A stretch of 64,000 nucleotides of DNA from a bacterium (lineage in GTDB: Bacteria > RBG-13-61-14 > DATKZS01), in assembly GCA_963674965.2 (NCBI GenBank), contig CAXXFL010000006.1:288001-352000 (forward strand), given 5' to 3'. The position numbers were made by a program, and so were the translations under genes. Positions 59,927 to 64,000 of the stretch are shown here, piece by piece (within the stretch, counting starts at the first letter, position 1; every line of letters starts with the position of its first letter). A model generated the notes under the pieces. The model was not told where the DNA came from. It did not search any database and was given only the letters and a program-made list of their open reading frames with translations.

Positions 59927-62900
59927 ATGACTTTCATCGCCTCTAGTAAACTCCCTGAGCCGGGAGATGTTGTCCGGGTTCGGACCCGAACCTACCTGGT
60001 TGAATCCGCCGAACGTGGCCCAGGCGGACACCGCATCGGTATGTCTTGTCTGGATGATGACGCCCAGGGCCAACCCCTTGAGGTTATCTGGGAGATAGAG
60101 CTCGACACGGAAATCTTGGATGAGGAAGCCTGGAAGTCCATCGGTGAGCGTGGCTTTGACACCCCCAGGTACTTCAGCGCCTATGTCCATACTCTACGAT
60201 GGAACTGTGTCACGGCCACCAATCCTCGTCTGTTTCAATCTCCGTTTCGTGCCGGCATCAGGATTGACGCTTACCAGCTCGACCCGCTCCGCAAGGCCCT
60301 GCTTCTCCCCCGAGTGAATCTGTTCATCGCCGATGACGTGGGCCTCGGCAAGACAATTGAAGCAGGTCTGATCGCAAGCGAGCTTCTTCTCCGCCGCCGA
60401 ATCAGTGAGATTGTTATTTCATGCCCTCCATCAATGTTGACTCAATGGAAAGACGAGATGGATACCCGATTCGGGTTGACTTTCGAAATCCTGGACCGGG
60501 CGTATGTGGAGAAGGTCCGGCAGGAACGCGGCTATGGCGTCAATCCGTGGACAACCTTCCCGAGGTTCCTCGTCTCTCAGCGGCTCTTGATTGATGAAAC
60601 CTACACCGCTCCGCTCCGGGACTGGCTGGACAATCTTAGACCCCGTACTCTTTTCATCCTGGATGAAGCCCACCATGCGGCTCCTTCCAGTGGCTCAAAG
60701 TACGCCATAGATTCTCGCATAACCAGAGCAATCCGGGACCTGGCCCCTCGCTTTGAACATCGCCTTTTCCTATCGGCGACGCCTCATAACGGGCACTCGA
60801 ACAGCTTCAGCGCTCTTTTAGAGATTCTTGATTCCAACCGCTTCACACGTGGCGTTAAGGTTCTCAAGAGCAACCTCGATGAAGTAATGGTGCGCCGAAT
60901 TAAGGACGACATCCGTGAACTTCAAGGCGGATTCCCCAAGCGTTGCGTCAAGCAGATAGACATTGAAGGGCTGCGCGATGATGCGCCCGAACTGGCTCTA
61001 TCCCACCTGCTGGATCAGTACCGGCAGGTAAGACAGCGCCGGGTCGAGGGTGAAAATAAGCGTAAGCAGGCTGAGGCCTCCCTGTTGATAACCGGCCTGC
61101 AGCAACGTCTCCTCTCCTCGATTGAAGCCTTCGCCCGGACTCTCAGCGTTCACCGTAGGACAATGGAAAGGCTTTGGGCCAAGGAATCGAAGTCTGGCCA
61201 AAGCGGTCAATCGGAAAAAGGTTCCGATGCGAGCAAGAAGCAGTTGTCCTTATTGGGCGGCAGTCTCGGCAACGATGACAGCCGTTCCGCGCTCCCGGAA
61301 GAAGAATTGCAGGCTATCGAAGATGTTCAATTCGAAACTTCCACTCAAAGAACCGCCGGGGACGAGGCCCGTGCTGATATCAAGAAAGAGAAGGAACTGC
61401 TCGACCTGATGCATGACATCGCTGACCAGGGGCGTGGGCTGCCAGACGCTCGGGTCAAGCTCCTCATCAAGTGGATTAACGAAAACATGTGCCCCGGTGT
61501 CCGGCTTCCGGGTGAAAAAAGTCCTCAATCCGGCGCGGCATGGAATGACCTGCGCCTCCTTATTTTCACCGAGTACGATGACACCAAACGCTATCTGGTA
61601 AGAACACTGGAAGCCGCCATCGCTGGGACGGAGCTTGAGGATTACAGGATTGAGGTTTACCACGGGCCAACGCCACTGGATAAGCGCGAGCAAATCAAAC
61701 GCGCTTTCAATGCGCCTCCCCAAAAACATCCGGTACGCATTCTCATTGCGACCGATGCGGCAAGGGAGGGCCTCAACCTCCAAGCCCATTGCTACAATGT
61801 TTTCCATTTTGATGTTCCTTGGAACCCGAGCCGCCTTGAGCAGCGCAATGGCCGCATTGACCGCAAGCTGCAACCATCGCCTGAAGTCTATTGCCACTAT
61901 TTTGTTTATGTACAACGGCCAGAGGACCGGGTACTGCAAGCATTAGTAAGGAAGACCAATACCATCCGCAATGAACTCGGCAGCCTTTCCCAGGTCCTGG
62001 ATGACCGCCTCGCCGATACCCTTCGCCTGGGCATCAGTCACCAGGACGTTGACAGCATGACTGACTCAATTGAGAACGCTGACATTGACCCGGAGAAGCG
62101 GGCCACCACCGAAGAGGAACTCGAAGCGACCCGCAAACGACAGGACGAACTGAGCACGGACATCACCATGCTTGAGCGTCGCGTCGATGAGTCTCGCAAA
62201 TGGATTGGCCTCGAAACGGAATCCTTCCAGGATGCTCTGTCTTGTTCACTGGAAATGCTCGGCAGTGAACCACTCAAGCCTGACGGCAAAGACGAGCCTG
62301 ACCAGCCCGACCGTTATATCTTCCCCAACCTTGAAACCAGGCAGGGAGGCGATCCTACGTGGTCAGCAACGCTCGACACTCTCCGGCAGCCCCCCGAACT
62401 GGGCGAGTCCGTGTTTCAATGGCGCAAAAGCGCTCCCATCCGCCCCGTCGTTTTCGACTCACCACCTGGCGTTGATGACAGTATAGTCCAGCTTCACCTT
62501 CAGCACCGGGTTGTTCAGCGTCTGCTCGGAAGATTCATGGCCCAGGGCTTTGTACATCATGACCTGTCACGGGCTTGCATTGCCCAGAGTCAGGACAACG
62601 TCACCCGTGTCGTGCTTTTGGGCAGGCTCTCGCTCTACGGCCCCCGAGCGGCGCGACTCCATGAAGAAATATTGTCGGTCACCGCTCGCTGGGTCAGCCC
62701 AGATAAGCGCAAGGGCAAGCTGGTGCCTTATGCCCGTGACACCGAGGCCCGCACCCTGGAGCTTCTGGAAAAGGCCCTCTCCCCGAGCGGGCAGAAAAGC
62801 CTGCCTAAGTCCGTGCAGGAGACCTTGCTTGCTTCCATCCCCATGGACATAGGCGAACTGCTGCCTCACCTGCAGGAACAAGGCCTGGCGGCTCGAAAGG

Positions 62901-63205
62901 ACGCCGAATCCGCTCTGTCCGCTCGCGGAAAAACCGAAGCCGACAACATGCGCCGTATTCTGGAAGAACAGAAAAAGCGAATCCTGGTCAAGCTGGACGA
63001 GCCCAAAGAAGTGCAGCTCAAACTTTTCGACGATACGGACGCAAAACGCCAGTACGAATCGAACCGACGCTATTGGAGGCGCTGGATCGAAAACGTGGAT
63101 GACGACCTCGAACGTGAACCCGCCCGGATTCTGGATTTCTACAAAGTGAACTCTTACCGGATCGAACCCGTGGGCATAGCCTACCTGCACCCGGGGAAGG
63201 AATAA
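59927..63205 (+). CDS. drmD: DISARM class I DrmD-like SNF2 helicase
   Basis: FQSPFRAGIRIDAYQLDPL, IADDVGLGKTIEAG, DEAHH, SATPHNG, TDAAREGLNLQ, QRNGRIDR; start chosen at ATG after GGAG. Confidence 0.82.
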   Translation: MTFIASSKLPEPGDVVRVRTRTYLVESAERGPGGHRIGMSCLDDDAQGQPLEVIWEIELDTEILDEEAWKSIGERGFDTPRYFSAYVHTLRWNCVTATNPRLFQSPFRAGIRIDAYQLDPLRKALLLPRVNLFIADDVGLGKTIEAGLIASELLLRRRISEIVISCPPSMLTQWKDEMDTRFGLTFEILDRAYVEKVRQERGYGVNPWTTFPRFLVSQRLLIDETYTAPLRDWLDNLRPRTLFILDEAHHAAPSSGSKYAIDSRITRAIRDLAPRFEHRLFLSATPHNGHSNSFSALLEILDSNRFTRGVKVLKSNLDEVMVRRIKDDIRELQGGFPKRCVKQIDIEGLRDDAPELALSHLLDQYRQVRQRRVEGENKRKQAEASLLITGLQQRLLSSIEAFARTLSVHRRTMERLWAKESKSGQSGQSEKGSDASKKQLSLLGGSLGNDDSRSALPEEELQAIEDVQFETSTQRTAGDEARADIKKEKELLDLMHDIADQGRGLPDARVKLLIKWINENMCPGVRLPGEKSPQSGAAWNDLRLLIFTEYDDTKRYLVRTLEAAIAGTELEDYRIEVYHGPTPLDKREQIKRAFNAPPQKHPVRILIATDAAREGLNLQAHCYNVFHFDVPWNPSRLEQRNGRIDRKLQPSPEVYCHYFVYVQRPEDRVLQALVRKTNTIRNELGSLSQVLDDRLADTLRLGISHQDVDSMTDSIENADIDPEKRATTEEELEATRKRQDELSTDITMLERRVDESRKWIGLETESFQDALSCSLEMLGSEPLKPDGKDEPDQPDRYIFPNLETRQGGDPTWSATLDTLRQPPELGESVFQWRKSAPIRPVVFDSPPGVDDSIVQLHLQHRVVQRLLGRFMAQGFVHHDLSRACIAQSQDNVTRVVLLGRLSLYGPRAARLHEEILSVTARWVSPDKRKGKLVPYARDTEARTLELLEKALSPSGQKSLPKSVQETLLASIPMDIGELLPHLQEQGLAARKDAESALSARGKTEADNMRRILEEQKKRILVKLDEPKEVQLKLFDDTDAKRQYESNRRYWRRWIENVDDDLEREPARILDFYKVNSYRIEPVGIAYLHPGKE

Positions 63206-63208
63206 GCC

Positions 63209-64000
63209 GTGGCTATCGATCCCGCGATAAAAGACCATCAAACCTGGATACACTATCTCCAGCCCGAAGGTCTGGTCGTGTCCCCGGCCGCCCTGGTTGA
63301 TTCCCAGGTGATGCTGGGCGTCAATTCCGCGCCTTTGCAGCAACGATTCCTCGAGTTCCTGGAAGAGGTCGAGCATCACGACGATGAGATAGGCGTGATC
63401 CGTGACCTGAACGAGTTTCTGAAGGACTTCCTGGAATGGCCGGAGGCTAACCTCGTCGGCAAGGGCACTGACAAACCGATACCCGAGGAGTTGAAAACAC
63501 CCCTGCGGGAATTCGGCGAGACCCTGGAGCCGGACCTGGCTTTTACCAATCCAAACCAGGAAGACCAGCCCTGGCTCTTGCTGGTGAGAGAATTGCCTTT
63601 TGAGACCGACCTCGACAGAGCGATTGAATCCGTCGAGGCGGGCTGGGCCGCGTCGCCCACTCAGCGCTTCGAGCGCCTGCTCCGTGAGACCGGCGTTCCC
63701 ATTGGGCTCATCACCAACCGCCGGCTGCTCCGCCTGATCTATGTACCCAGAGGCGAAAACCCCGGCACACTGACCTTCCCGGTCTACGCCATGGCCGAGG
63801 TCTCCGGTCGGCCTATCCTGGCCGCTTTCGAGATGCTTTTAAAACGCTACCGGCTCCTGGCCGCTCCCACCGAGGCACGTCTTCCGGCTTTGCTGAAAAA
63901 AAGCCGCGATTATCAGGCAAATGTCTCAAAAGAACTGGCGGAACAGGTCCTGGACGCCCTCTATGAGCTTCTGAGAGGCTTTCAGGCAGCCGATGAGCAC
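63209..64000 (+). CDS. N-terminus of a DrmMI-like (type IIG-type) DNA methyltransferase, runs out of the window
   Basis: GTG start 3 nt after drmD; WIHYLQPEGLVVSPAAL, QRFERLLRETGVPIGLITN, VSKELAEQVLDALYELLRGF; catalytic motifs not visible in the window. Confidence 0.65.
   Translation, partial: MAIDPAIKDHQTWIHYLQPEGLVVSPAALVDSQVMLGVNSAPLQQRFLEFLEEVEHHDDEIGVIRDLNEFLKDFLEWPEANLVGKGTDKPIPEELKTPLREFGETLEPDLAFTNPNQEDQPWLLLVRELPFETDLDRAIESVEAGWAASPTQRFERLLRETGVPIGLITNRRLLRLIYVPRGENPGTLTFPVYAMAEVSGRPILAAFEMLLKRYRLLAAPTEARLPALLKKSRDYQANVSKELAEQVLDALYELLRGFQAADEH

Noticed and set aside
1-64000. CRISPR array, cas genes, reverse transcriptase/retron, rRNA or complete tRNA
   Set aside because: No regularly spaced repeats, no YxDD RT or Cas motifs and no full cloverleaf seen; only the 23-nt fragment at 22267.

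Overview
Bacterial window, probably Desulfobacterota/deltaproteobacterial (inferred from gene content), in two halves. Left (1-22.2 kb): a sigma54-controlled carbohydrate region with gpmA, glgC, an NtrC-type regulator and a GT4/GH130/PIG-L/glycoside hydrolase cluster. A regulatory cassette (regulator 3' end, GGAAC-N5-GTTCC sites, -24/-12 promoter, small ORF) occurs three times. This is followed by a scarred fdhD/glpC-like locus and three IS elements. At 22267-22289 a tmRNA-like 3'-end fragment marks the probable edge of an integrated island. Right (22.3-64 kb): a defence island with (i) an uncharacterised six-gene operon (small protein, membrane protein, membrane-anchored vWA, Ycf46-like AAA+, DUF1257/DUF2997-like protein, PflX-like radical SAM); (ii) a ~20 kb minus-strand cluster (Zn-ribbon, C-terminally short DnaE, IS-broken RNase J-like MBL, PD-(D/E)xK nuclease, HExxH protein, WYL regulator, Mre11/SMC-like YhaO/YhaN, Azaca-like trio) whose two promoter regions share the palindrome AATCAAC-G-G(T/C)TGATT; (iii) a large serine recombinase with a degenerate active site; (iv) HTH, an hsdS remnant and Sir2-HerA; (v) an IS-broken DUF262-HNH-AlbA_2 gene; (vi) the start of a DISARM class I-like locus. 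Three near-identical 1662-bp IS3-family copies lie in the island. All family calls come from motif recognition by eye; no database searches were run.
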